NCBI GenBank assembly: GCA_963746865.1
Contig: CAVVDB010000003.1
Span: forward strand, 585,549-649,548
Direction: 5' to 3'
Length of the DNA: 64,000 bases
Source: an uncultured Chloroflexia bacterium
Lineage (GTDB): Bacteria; Chloroflexota; Limnocylindria; Limnocylindrales; CSP1-4
A program made the translations under genes and the position numbers. Below, piece by piece: positions 47,260 to 56,802 of this stretch (within the stretch, counting starts at the first letter, position 1; each line of letters opens with the position of its first letter). Below the pieces are notes generated by a model. That model made no database searches and had not been told where the DNA came from. It worked only from the letters and a program-made list of their open reading frames with translations.

Positions 47260-48641
47260 TCCGCCGAATCCTCGCGCTTGCGATGACGAGCGCGCTGCTG
47301 CTCGGCGTGGCGCCTGTCGCGGCCGCCGCCGACCTGGCCGACTTCGGGACAGCCACCGCCACGTCGGACTACGGGACCGGGATCACCTTCGAACAGCCGG
47401 TCACGGTCACCCAGCCACTCCGTCGGCTGGAACTCCTCCTCACCTTCGCCGACGCCATCGGCCCGACGATCATCGAGGTACCGAACCCGCCCACCTCCGG
47501 CGCGGCCACCCTGCGCCACGTCCTCAAGACCGAGGGAAGCGACCACGTCCTGCCGAACACGCCCATCGTCGCCCGATGGCGCCTCGTGGCGGCCGATCCG
47601 TCGGCCGGCACGGAGACCGGCCCGGAGGTTCGGGTCGTCTACGAGGATGACCGGTTCGACTGGCGGACCGACGCCGGCGATATCGTCCGGGTCCACTGGT
47701 ACGAGGGGTCGGCGGCCTTTGGCGCGAGAGCCTTGAAGATCGCCGAGGAGGCGGTGCGAGACGGCTCTAAGCTGCTCGGGGTCACCGAGACCGAACCGAT
47801 CGATTTCTACATCTACGCCGACCAGGATGCCTTCCTCGAGGCGCTCGGCCCGTACTTCACCGAATCCGTGGGTGGGCTGGCGAACACGTCGATCCGGACC
47901 CTGTTCACGCACATCGCGCCGGACGGGATCGATGCGGCCTGGGTCGTCCACGTCATCCCGCACGAGCTGATGCACGTCGTCTTCGACACGGCGGTCAAGA
48001 ACCCCTACCACTTCCCGCCGAAATGGCTAGACGAGGGACTGGCCGAGTATCAGAGCGTCGGCTACGACGCGGCGGAACGTTCGACCGTTCGGGCGGCCGT
48101 CGCGGCCGGCACCATCATCCCGCTGGACGGGCTGGTCGGTCAGTTCCCAGCGAGCGACGAGCAGTTCTACCTCGCGTACCGCGAGAGCAATGCCGCGGTC
48201 GACTATCTCGTCCGGACCTACGGCACCGACGCCCTCGTCTCGCTGGTCGGCTCGTACGCCGAAGGACGAACGGACGACGAGGCGTTCAGCGCCGCCCTCG
48301 GGGTCGACCTGGCGGCCTTCGGATCGGCCTGGCTCGCGGACCTCGGTGCCCCGGCCCCGGCCCGCCTCGGGCCGCAGCCGGCCCCAGCCGGACCCGTGCC
48401 GTCGTCCTGGGCCGGGCCCCCGATCGGCGGGGTCGTGGCCACGCCGCGGCCGGTCGCCTCCGCCGAGGCCCCGGCCCCGACGACCAACGCGTCACCGGCC
48501 CCCGCGCCGGGTGCTGGCCAGACCGCCGCCACCGAGTTCCCGGCCTGGGTCCCACCACTCTTCGCCCTGATCGCCATCGTGTTCGCGGTCGTGCTCTTGC
48601 TCGCGGCCCGAAGCAACCGGCGCACGGGTCAGGGCGGATGA
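47247..48641 (+). CDS. membrane-anchored peptidase MA-like zinc metallopeptidase (HExxH)
   Basis: Signal peptide, HELMH zinc-binding motif at VIPHELMHVVFDT, C-terminal TM anchor. Confidence 0.6.
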   Translation: MGRLIRRILALAMTSALLLGVAPVAAAADLADFGTATATSDYGTGITFEQPVTVTQPLRRLELLLTFADAIGPTIIEVPNPPTSGAATLRHVLKTEGSDHVLPNTPIVARWRLVAADPSAGTETGPEVRVVYEDDRFDWRTDAGDIVRVHWYEGSAAFGARALKIAEEAVRDGSKLLGVTETEPIDFYIYADQDAFLEALGPYFTESVGGLANTSIRTLFTHIAPDGIDAAWVVHVIPHELMHVVFDTAVKNPYHFPPKWLDEGLAEYQSVGYDAAERSTVRAAVAAGTIIPLDGLVGQFPASDEQFYLAYRESNAAVDYLVRTYGTDALVSLVGSYAEGRTDDEAFSAALGVDLAAFGSAWLADLGAPAPARLGPQPAPAGPVPSSWAGPPIGGVVATPRPVASAEAPAPTTNASPAPAPGAGQTAATEFPAWVPPLFALIAIVFAVVLLLAARSNRRTGQGG

Positions 48642-49426
48642 CGATGGTGGGCCGTTTGCGCGCCATCCCGAGCTGGCAGATCACCCTTGGCGTGGCGCTC
48701 CTGGCCCTGGGCTTCCTCATCGCGGCCCAGCTGGCGACCGAGGGACCGCGCGTCCGCTACACCACCCAGGAGCGCACGCCGCTGTTGCAGACCGCCGATG
48801 AACTCCAGGCCGAGCAGGACGGGCTCAAGGCACGGATCCTTGAGCTCCGCGCCAAGATCCAGGCGGTCGAGGGCCAGGGGGCGGGTGCCGAGGACCGGGT
48901 CCGCGTGCTCAACGCACAGCTCGAGCAGGCGCGCATCGCGGCCGGGCTCATCGCCCTGACCGGGAGCGGCATCGTCCTGCAGCTGGAGGACTCCAGGGCG
49001 CCGGTCCCGCCTGACGGTCGCGAGTCCGATTACCTCGTCGGCTCGCGCGACATCCGGGTCGTGGTCGAGGAGTTGTGGGGCGCGGGGGCCGAGGCGATCG
49101 CGGTCAACGGCGAACGGATCACACCGACCTCCGCGATCATCGATGTCGGATCGTCGCTGCTCGTGAACTCGGCCTACCTGACCCCGCCATACCAGGTCAC
49201 CGCCCTCGGGTCAGAGGAGCTGTATGGCCGTCTGAGCGCGTCGCCCGGGTTCATCGATTTCGTCCGCGCACGCGGCGAGGGCTTCGGCATCCGGGTCTCG
49301 CTGGCGGAACCGGACTCGGTCGATGTACCCGCCTTCGTCGGCACCGTCACGTTGCGTTACTCGCGCCCCAACCTCGCGCCATCGCCGAACCCGTCGGCGG
49401 CTACCAGCCCGGCAGCGGTGCCCTGA
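48638..49426 (+). CDS. DUF881 family protein
   Basis: N-terminal TM + coiled-coil + DUF881-like C-terminal domain; ATGA overlap with upstream gene. Confidence 0.65.
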   Translation: MTMVGRLRAIPSWQITLGVALLALGFLIAAQLATEGPRVRYTTQERTPLLQTADELQAEQDGLKARILELRAKIQAVEGQGAGAEDRVRVLNAQLEQARIAAGLIALTGSGIVLQLEDSRAPVPPDGRESDYLVGSRDIRVVVEELWGAGAEAIAVNGERITPTSAIIDVGSSLLVNSAYLTPPYQVTALGSEELYGRLSASPGFIDFVRARGEGFGIRVSLAEPDSVDVPAFVGTVTLRYSRPNLAPSPNPSAATSPAAVP

Positions 49427-49428
49427 CG

Positions 49429-50118
49429 ATGCATCGCCTGCGAAGCCAGCTCACCATCGCCACGGTCGCCTTCGTCCTCGGTCTCCTCGTCGTGATCCAG
49501 TTGCGATCGCAGGCCGGCGAGCCCGGATTCGCCGAGCTGTCATCGCAGGACCTGACGGTGCTGGTGGCCAATCTCAACGCCCGGAACGACCAGCTCCGAC
49601 GCGAGGGCTCGACCCTGGAGGGGGAGCTCGCCACGCTCGAACAGAACCGCGCTCGCGGCGATGTCTCGGTCGATGAGATCGCCGCCGACCTGCAACGGGT
49701 GCGGGCGTATGCCGGGCTCGATCCGGTGGCGGGTCCCGGGGTGACGATCTCGATCAGCGGGCCGATCGACGGGGCCGGGGTCGAGGAACTCATCAACGAA
49801 CTGCGCAACGCCGGAGCGGAGGCGATCGCCGCTGACGGGATCCGGGTCGTCACCGGCGTCGTCGTGACCGGCGCGCGCGGCGAGGCGCGGATCGAGGGCC
49901 TGCCGCTCGGGGACCTGCCGCTCGGGGACGGGTTCGAGCTGGCCGCGATCGGGGCGCCCGACAAGCTGACCGGGTCGCTGACACGGTCGGGTGGCGTCAT
50001 CGCCCAGCTGGCCGCGACCCAGTCGGATGTGGTCGTCACGGTCACCCCGCTGGACCGACTCGAACTGCCCGCCACCACCCGGACCTTGGTCCCGGCCCAT
50101 GGGCGTCCTCGCCTTTGA
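49429..50118 (+). CDS. DUF881 family protein (paralog)
   Basis: Same architecture as 48638..49426 (TM, coiled coil, ...LINELRNAGAEAIA...). Confidence 0.65.
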   Translation: MHRLRSQLTIATVAFVLGLLVVIQLRSQAGEPGFAELSSQDLTVLVANLNARNDQLRREGSTLEGELATLEQNRARGDVSVDEIAADLQRVRAYAGLDPVAGPGVTISISGPIDGAGVEELINELRNAGAEAIAADGIRVVTGVVVTGARGEARIEGLPLGDLPLGDGFELAAIGAPDKLTGSLTRSGGVIAQLAATQSDVVVTVTPLDRLELPATTRTLVPAHGRPRL

Positions 50119-50133
50119 TACCCTGACCGGCCG

Positions 50134-50385
50134 ATGCCTGACAACCCTGTCGTCACGTTCTATCTCGGCGACGTCGTCCGACTCCGACGTGCCCACCCGT
50201 GCGGCGGCGACGCCTGGCTGGTCGATCGCCTCGGCGCCGATATCGGCCTCCGGTGTCGGACCTGTGGCCGGCATATCCTGCTCGAGCGCCGAGTGCTGGA
50301 GGGGCGACTCGTCGAGTTCGTGTCGCGCGGCGACCCGGCGATGACGGCCGCCGCATCCGTCGCGACCGACGGCCCGGCCTCGTGA
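50134..50385 (+). CDS. DUF951-like small zinc-ribbon protein
   Basis: 83-aa ORF with CGGDAW...CRTCGRH motif. Confidence 0.5.
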   Translation: MPDNPVVTFYLGDVVRLRRAHPCGGDAWLVDRLGADIGLRCRTCGRHILLERRVLEGRLVEFVSRGDPAMTAAASVATDGPAS

Positions 50386-51917
50386 CGGCCGCAGAGGCGA
50401 CCCCCGGACCGTCGGACACCGGCGCGCTCGCGGTCTTCCGGAATGGGGGGTTCCTGCGGCTGTGGCTGTCGCAGGCGTCGACGCAGATCGGCGGCAACAT
50501 GGTCCTCTTCGGGCTGACCGTCATCGTCAGCGATACCAGCTCGAAGACGGCCGTCAGCCTCCTGATCCTGACCTTCCTCGTGCCGGCGGTCCTGTTCTCG
50601 GCGGTCGCCGGGGTCTACGTCGACCGGATCGACCGGCGGCTCATCCTCGTGTTCACCAACCTGCTACGCGGGTTCGCGTTCATCGGCCTGTACCTTGTCG
50701 GGACACAGATCTGGCTGATCCTGCTGCTGAACATCTTCATCTCGACGGTGACCGTGTTCTTCGCGCCGGCTGAACTGGCGATGATCCCGGTCCTCGTCAA
50801 GCGCAGCCAGCTGCTCGCGGCGAACGGGATCTTCACGCTGACCCTGAATGCCGCGTTCGCACTAGGGTTCGCCCTGCTCGGGCCGCTGGTGGTCAAGGTG
50901 GCCGGAGCCGAGGCGGTCATCGTCGTGGTGGCCGGGCTCTACTTCCTGGCGGCCGCGTTCTGCGTGACGCTGCCGGCGGCACCACCACCGAGGGCCAGTG
51001 ACGACGGCCCGCATTCGACCCTCGGCGTGGGGGAGGCCGAGCAGGCGATGGGCTCGACGTTCGACCAGCTCCGCGAGGGATTCGCGTTCATCCGGGCCAA
51101 CCGGACGATCAGCTGGTCGCTGATCTATCTCGCGATCGCGGCGTCGCTGGTCGGGGTCCTCGGGGTCCTTGGCCCGGCCTTCGCACGGGAGACCCTGGGT
51201 CTCAGTGGCGAGGACTTCGCAGTCGTCGTCCTGCCACTCGGGTTCGGGATCGTGATGGGGATCCTGCTGCTCAACTCGTACGGCCGCTACTTCCATCGCC
51301 GACGCGTGATCGAGGGCGGCCTGATCGCCCTCGGCATCCTGCTGGCGGCCCTGTCCGCGTCCGGACCGATCAGTAGGTTCCTCCAGGGTGCGGACCGGCC
51401 GGGCGGGCTCGACCTGTCGGGGGTCACCTCCCTCCTGGCGGTCGTCGTCGTCATCGCGTTCTTCGCCGGGATCGCCTACGGCCTCGTCGCCATCCCGGCG
51501 CAGACAGGACTCCAGGAGGACCTGCCCGAGGACGTCCGCGGGCGGGTCTTCGGGGTCCTCGGGATGTTGGTCTCGGTGGCGAGCTTCCTGCCGATCATCA
51601 TCGTCGGGCCGATCGCCGACGTCGTCGGGACGACCGTGGTCATCTTCATCATGGCGGTCGGGGTGATGATCGTCGGGATCGTGTCGGTGGTAGCCCGGGG
51701 TCCGTCGGCCGCGGATGCGCAACCGGCTGCCGACCCGAAGGCGGTCGATCCCATCGCGTCCGCCCTCGGCGCGGACCGGCCGACGTGGAGCGAGCCGGCA
51801 GCCGAACCGGTACTCATAGGCGTCGAGGCCGACGTGGCGGAGGTCGGTTCCGGCAGGCTGGCGACGGTCGCCGGCACCGAGCACGCCGGGCCATCCGACC
51901 CGACCGACCGCGACTGA
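50382..51917 (+). CDS. MFS transporter
   Basis: 12 predicted TM helices, MFS motif-A-like GVYVDRIDRRL; GTG start overlapping upstream stop. Confidence 0.8.
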   Translation: MTAAEATPGPSDTGALAVFRNGGFLRLWLSQASTQIGGNMVLFGLTVIVSDTSSKTAVSLLILTFLVPAVLFSAVAGVYVDRIDRRLILVFTNLLRGFAFIGLYLVGTQIWLILLLNIFISTVTVFFAPAELAMIPVLVKRSQLLAANGIFTLTLNAAFALGFALLGPLVVKVAGAEAVIVVVAGLYFLAAAFCVTLPAAPPPRASDDGPHSTLGVGEAEQAMGSTFDQLREGFAFIRANRTISWSLIYLAIAASLVGVLGVLGPAFARETLGLSGEDFAVVVLPLGFGIVMGILLLNSYGRYFHRRRVIEGGLIALGILLAALSASGPISRFLQGADRPGGLDLSGVTSLLAVVVVIAFFAGIAYGLVAIPAQTGLQEDLPEDVRGRVFGVLGMLVSVASFLPIIIVGPIADVVGTTVVIFIMAVGVMIVGIVSVVARGPSAADAQPAADPKAVDPIASALGADRPTWSEPAAEPVLIGVEADVAEVGSGRLATVAGTEHAGPSDPTDRD

Positions 51918-51926
51918 GCGGCGATC

Positions 51927-52910
51927 GTGGCGCGCGTCGCGGTCGTGTTCACGGGTGGCACCATCAGCACGGTGTTCGACCCGGCCGCTGGCGGCAATGT
52001 GCCGATCCTGGACGGGGCCGCGATCCTGGCGCGAACGCCCGGACTCGACTCGATCGCCGAGGTCGTCGCGATCGACCTTGGACGGACGCCGGCCAGCCAC
52101 TTCACGTTCCCGGCACTACTCGGGATCGCCGACACGCTTCGCGCGTCGCTGGCGGACCCGACGATCGATGGCGCCGTGGTCGTCCAGGGCACTGACACGA
52201 TCGAGGAGACCAGTCTCTGCTGGGACCTCGTCCTCGAGGGACCGAAACCGGTCGTCGTGACGGGGGCGATGCGGGCATCCGATGCCCCAGGGTTCGATGG
52301 GCCGGCGAACCTCCGCGACGCTGTCCGGGTTGCGGCCTCGACGCACATGCGCGGGGCGGGCGTCGTCGTGTGCCTCGCCGGGTCCGTCGAACCGGCCGAT
52401 GACGTGATCAAGATGCACGCCTCGGCGCTCGACACGTTCGCCAGTCCGAACGGCGGGTCGCTCGGTCGCGTGGAGGCCGGTGTCGTGACCCTGCTCCGAC
52501 CGCGGACGGGTCGAAGGCATGTCGAGACCTCGCGCGCCGCTGAGCGCGTCCACCTGATCACCGCGACCGTGGCGATGGACGCCCGCCTGCTGGATGCGGC
52601 CGTGGCGGTCGGGGCAGATGGGATCGTTGTCGCCGCGACCGGGGCCGGCAATACGGACCCGGCGCTGCTCGCCGCCGCCGAGCGTGCGATGGACTCGGGG
52701 ATCCCGGTCGCCCTCGCGACGCGGTGTCCATCGGGACGAGCCGGCACCGACTATGCGTTCCCAGGTGGCGGGGCCACCTGGATCCGGGCCGGGGCATTGC
52801 CGGTCGGGCACCTTTGCGCGATCAAGGCCCGCGTCGCCCTGGCGCTCGGGATCGGGGCGGGGCTGGATCATGACGGCCTGGCGCAGCTCCTTGCGGATCC
52901 CGCGGCCTGA
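51927..52910 (+). CDS. L-asparaginase (type I/ plant-type family)
   Basis: VAVVFTGGTIS nucleophile motif, ...VVQGTDTIEETS..., ...VVVTGAMRASD... Confidence 0.85.
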   Translation: MARVAVVFTGGTISTVFDPAAGGNVPILDGAAILARTPGLDSIAEVVAIDLGRTPASHFTFPALLGIADTLRASLADPTIDGAVVVQGTDTIEETSLCWDLVLEGPKPVVVTGAMRASDAPGFDGPANLRDAVRVAASTHMRGAGVVVCLAGSVEPADDVIKMHASALDTFASPNGGSLGRVEAGVVTLLRPRTGRRHVETSRAAERVHLITATVAMDARLLDAAVAVGADGIVVAATGAGNTDPALLAAAERAMDSGIPVALATRCPSGRAGTDYAFPGGGATWIRAGALPVGHLCAIKARVALALGIGAGLDHDGLAQLLADPAA

Positions 52911-54564
52911 AGCCGTGCCGCTCGACCTGCTGATCACGGGACGGATCGCGACCCTCGCCGGGGAGTCCGGCTTCGGCTGGGTCGAGGCCGTCGGGGTCCG
53001 GGCCGGTCGCATCGCCTTCGCCGGTTCCGAGGTGGCGCTCGAGACGCGCGCCGACCCGTTCACCGAACGGATCGCGCTCGAGCCGGACGAGGTGGCCATC
53101 CCGGGCCTGACCGATGCGCACATGCATCTCGCGAGCGCGGCCGCAGCGATGGGCCATGTCGACCTGTCCGCGGCGGCCACGCTGGCTGACGGGTTGGCGA
53201 TGATCGGGGCGGCGCACCGTCGCACGGACGACCCCGACACCTGGCTGGAGGGGCACGGCTGGGATCCGGACCGGTGGGGCCGTTGGCCGACCGCCGAGGA
53301 CCTCGAGCGTGTCGCGCCGGGTCGCCGCTGCACGATGTGGGCACACGACCATCACGCACTCTGGGTGAGCCGCGCGGCCCTGGTGTCGTGCGAGGTCGAC
53401 GCGTCGACCCCGGATCCCGAAGGTGGCGTCGTGCGGCGCGGTTCCGGTGGAGAGCCGGACGGCGTGCTCCTCGAGGAAGCGGCCGGGCTGGTCGCGAGTC
53501 ACGTTCCACGCATCACGGTCGAGGCATTGGAGCAGGCGATCGTGACCGTTTCCCAGGAGCTGCTCGCGCTTGGCGTCGTGGCTGTCCACGATCCAGGGGA
53601 CATGTCGGACGATCCGGATCTCGGCTGGTCGTATCCGGCGTACGCGCGCCTCGGAGAGCGTGGGCGATTGCCCGTGCGGGTCATGGCGTCGCTGCGTGAA
53701 GGCGGGCTGGCGACAGCGCTGGCCGGCGGACTTCGGAGCGGCGACATCCTCGGCGCGGATCCGGACGGACGGGCGCGGGTCGGCTGGTTGAAGGTCTTCG
53801 CCGACGGGACGCTCGGGTCGCGGACCGCGGCCCTTCTCGCCGACTTCGAACCCGAGCCCGACCGTCCGTTGGCGGCTGACCGCCGACGAGGTGTGTGGCT
53901 GACGCCGGAGGGGCGACTGCGCGACCTCGTCGAGCTCGCCGCGGTCGGTGGGATCGCGACGCAGGTCCACGCCATCGGCGATGCCGCGGTGCGTACGGCG
54001 CTCGGGGTGCTGGCGCCGACAGCTGGACGAGCTGCATTCATGCCCAGGATCGAGCATGCCCAGTTGGTCGATCCAGCCGATCGGGGACGGTTTGCGTCCG
54101 GCGGGATCGCCGCCAGCGTGCAGCCGATCCATCTCGGCAGCGACGCGCTCCAGGCGAGGAAGCTGTGGGGCTCGCGAGCCGAGGTGGGCGGGTATGCGTG
54201 GGGGTCGCTGGCCGCGGCCGGTGCCGTGCTGGCGTTCGGGACCGATTCGCCGGTCGAACCGTTCGACCCGTGGCCCGGGATCGCGCTCGCCATCTGTCGT
54301 GCGGATCCGCGCTGGCCGGCGGGGACGCCGGCGTTCGGGCCCGGCGAGGCGCTCACGATGGAGCGGGCGCTCCGCGCGGCGTGTATCGGTGGGCCGCTGT
54401 CGGCGGCAGAGACCGATCGAGGGCGGCTGACGGTCGGTCAGCGCGCCGACGTCGTCGTCATCCCGGCGGCCTGTGTCGACGACCCGGTCGAGCCGGGCGG
54501 TGCGCTGTGGACCGCGCGTCCGTCGATCGTGGTCATGGATGGACGGGTCGTGTTCGAGGCCTAG
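52870..54564 (+). CDS. amidohydrolase family (amidohydrolase-3-like metal-dependent hydrolase)
   Basis: DLLITGRIATL..., HMHLASAA, ...QVHAIGDAAV..., ...AFGTDSPV...; alternative non-overlapping GTG start at 52915. Confidence 0.8.
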   Translation: MTAWRSSLRIPRPEAVPLDLLITGRIATLAGESGFGWVEAVGVRAGRIAFAGSEVALETRADPFTERIALEPDEVAIPGLTDAHMHLASAAAAMGHVDLSAAATLADGLAMIGAAHRRTDDPDTWLEGHGWDPDRWGRWPTAEDLERVAPGRRCTMWAHDHHALWVSRAALVSCEVDASTPDPEGGVVRRGSGGEPDGVLLEEAAGLVASHVPRITVEALEQAIVTVSQELLALGVVAVHDPGDMSDDPDLGWSYPAYARLGERGRLPVRVMASLREGGLATALAGGLRSGDILGADPDGRARVGWLKVFADGTLGSRTAALLADFEPEPDRPLAADRRRGVWLTPEGRLRDLVELAAVGGIATQVHAIGDAAVRTALGVLAPTAGRAAFMPRIEHAQLVDPADRGRFASGGIAASVQPIHLGSDALQARKLWGSRAEVGGYAWGSLAAAGAVLAFGTDSPVEPFDPWPGIALAICRADPRWPAGTPAFGPGEALTMERALRAACIGGPLSAAETDRGRLTVGQRADVVVIPAACVDDPVEPGGALWTARPSIVVMDGRVVFEA

Positions 54565-54577
54565 CCGCCCGGCGCCC

Positions 54578-55957
54578 TCACGCCCGCGGAGGACCAAGCT
54601 CCCGACGCGCATCGGCGAACAACCCGTTGAAGATCCGCGATGTCGATGGGAACGCGTGGATCGTCTCGGCGAGCACGTCGATCGGGACCCCGGCCTTGAT
54701 CGCGACCACGCACTCGTGGATCGCCGCCGACGCATCGGGACAGGCCATCGCCGCGCCGACCAGTGCACGCGTCCGGCGGTCAACGACGATCGTGACGTGC
54801 CCGAGCGACGCCTGCACCGCGTAGCCCTTCGTGCTCGTGGCGAAGTCGGCGACCACCTCGAACGCATCGAGCCCGGCGCCAAAGGCGTCATCGAGCGTGA
54901 GTCCGACCGATGCCGCCTCGGGGTCGGTGTAGGTCGCCCTCGGAAGGGCGCGATAGTCGGGCAGGACCGCCTCGCCGAGGGCCATCCGGACGGCGACCTC
55001 ACCCTGGTAGTGGGCCTGGTGGGTGTGCAGCTCGGGTCCCGCGGGATCGCCGATCACCCACAGCCCGTCGGCGACCCGGAGCCGTCCGTCACGCGGGAAC
55101 GGCGTGCGTCCCGACGGATCGATCCCGTAGTGCTCGAGACCGAGATCGTCGATCGGGAACGCGCGGCCGACGGCCAGCAACACCGCGTGGCCGGATGCGG
55201 TCGAGCCATCGTCGAGGTCGATGACATGCGCGCCATCGGCACCTTCCCCGGCTCGTGCCCGGAGCGCCCGGACGCCCGTCCGCACGACCACCCCGTCGCG
55301 CTCGAGCGCGGCACGAACGACCACGGAGTTGCGCGGATGATCGGTCGGTGCCAGCCGCGGCCCGGACTGGACGATCGTGGTCGGAACCCCGAACCGGACA
55401 TACACCTGCGCGAGTTCGCAGCCGGTCGGGCCGCCGCCGAGCACGACCAGGCTGCGTGGCAGCTCACGCGCCAGGGTCGCGTCGCGATTGGTCCAGGTCG
55501 GTATCCCCTCGATCCCTTCGATCGGGGGCCGCTTGGCGACCGACCCGACGGCGACGACCACGTTGTCGGTAGCAAGGTCGTGGCTGACCGCGTCGTGGCG
55601 GACCGCCACCCGACCGACGCCCGAGATCGATGCGGTCCCTCGATAGGCCGCGGCGCCGGCGGCGACAAGTCGCTCGAAATGACCGGAGTCATCGGGCTCC
55701 GCCGCTCCCGGCGGCCGATTGATCATGTAGTCACGCTGCGCGGATGCCGCGGCCCAGTCGTAGGTCGCGGGGTTCCTGGCGTGCCGCGCCGCCCCGTCGA
55801 GCAACGACTTGGACGGCAGGCAACCGATATGCGGACAACTCCCACCGAACCATCGACGATCGACCACCGCGACCGACGCCCCGAGTTCGCGCGCCTTGAA
55901 GGCGGCGGCTTCCCCGGCCGGCCCCGCCCCGATGATCACGAAATCGAACCGCTCCAC
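54578..55957 (-). CDS. FAD-dependent pyridine nucleotide-disulfide oxidoreductase (dihydrolipoyl dehydrogenase/mercuric reductase-like)
   Basis: FAD motif FDFVIIGAGPAGEAAA, redox CxxxxC GSCPHIGCLPSK, NAD motif VVLGGGPTGCELA; GTG start 55957 (the track ORF's upstream part is antisense overlap). Confidence 0.8.
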   Translation of the reverse strand: MERFDFVIIGAGPAGEAAAFKARELGASVAVVDRRWFGGSCPHIGCLPSKSLLDGAARHARNPATYDWAAASAQRDYMINRPPGAAEPDDSGHFERLVAAGAAAYRGTASISGVGRVAVRHDAVSHDLATDNVVVAVGSVAKRPPIEGIEGIPTWTNRDATLARELPRSLVVLGGGPTGCELAQVYVRFGVPTTIVQSGPRLAPTDHPRNSVVVRAALERDGVVVRTGVRALRARAGEGADGAHVIDLDDGSTASGHAVLLAVGRAFPIDDLGLEHYGIDPSGRTPFPRDGRLRVADGLWVIGDPAGPELHTHQAHYQGEVAVRMALGEAVLPDYRALPRATYTDPEAASVGLTLDDAFGAGLDAFEVVADFATSTKGYAVQASLGHVTIVVDRRTRALVGAAMACPDASAAIHECVVAIKAGVPIDVLAETIHAFPSTSRIFNGLFADARRELGPPRA

Positions 55958-55959
55958 GG

Positions 55960-56802
55960 TCAGGCCCCCCTTGCTCCGGTCGCGAACCCCCGCTGCCGAC
56001 GGGCCTCGTACAGCAGGATCGCCGCGCTGATCGAGACATTGAGGCTGTCGGCGGCGCCGAGCATCGGCAGCCGAACGGCGTCCACGCCGCCGCTCCAGGC
56101 GTCGGACAGCCCGGCGGCCTCGGCCCCCAGGACGAGCGCCAGCGGCCCTCGCAGGTCGATGTCGGTGTACAGCCGCGCGGCATCGACCCGGGCCGCCACG
56201 ATCCGGAGGCCGCCCGCCCGCAGCCACGCCAGCACATCGGCCGTCGACCCAGCCGCGATCGGGACGGTGAAGACGGTGCCGGCACTCGCGCGGATGGCGT
56301 TCGGGTTGAACAGGTCGGTCCGCGGCGAGGCGGCCACCAGGGCGTCGGCCCCGGCCCCATCCGCGCTGCGCAGGACGGCCCCGACGTTTCCCGGCTTCTC
56401 GACGCCCTCGATGACCACGACCAGCGGGTCGACCGGCAGCCTGAGGCCAGCGAGTTCGGTCGACGGGATGCGGACGACCGCGATCAGGCCCTCGGCCCGC
56501 TCCCCGAACGCAAGCTTGGCGAAGACCGCCTCACTGGTCACGGTCATCGACGCCCCGTCCGCACCGAGTCGATCGAGAGCCGCCCGCGCATCCGGCCCGG
56601 CCAGGAGCGGTTCGCAGACGAACGCCTCGACCACCTCGACCCCGGCATCCAGCGCCCGCCGGACCTCCCGGGCGCCATCGATCAGGGTGAGCCCGGTCCG
56701 GTCGCGCTCGCGCCGGTCCCGCAGCGCGACGGCGGCCTTGACACGGGGGTTCGCGGTACTCGTCAGGATCGGTCGGGTGGGGGAGGCCATCCCGCCAATC
56801 AT
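55960..56802 (-). CDS. TrmH/SpoU family RNA 2'-O-methyltransferase
   Basis: SPOUT motifs (LVVVIEGVEKPGNVGAVLRSADGAG, LVLGAEAAGLS, SLNVSISAAILLYE); ATGA overlap with upstream gene. Confidence 0.8.
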   Translation of the reverse strand: MIGGMASPTRPILTSTANPRVKAAVALRDRRERDRTGLTLIDGAREVRRALDAGVEVVEAFVCEPLLAGPDARAALDRLGADGASMTVTSEAVFAKLAFGERAEGLIAVVRIPSTELAGLRLPVDPLVVVIEGVEKPGNVGAVLRSADGAGADALVAASPRTDLFNPNAIRASAGTVFTVPIAAGSTADVLAWLRAGGLRIVAARVDAARLYTDIDLRGPLALVLGAEAAGLSDAWSGGVDAVRLPMLGAADSLNVSISAAILLYEARRQRGFATGARGA

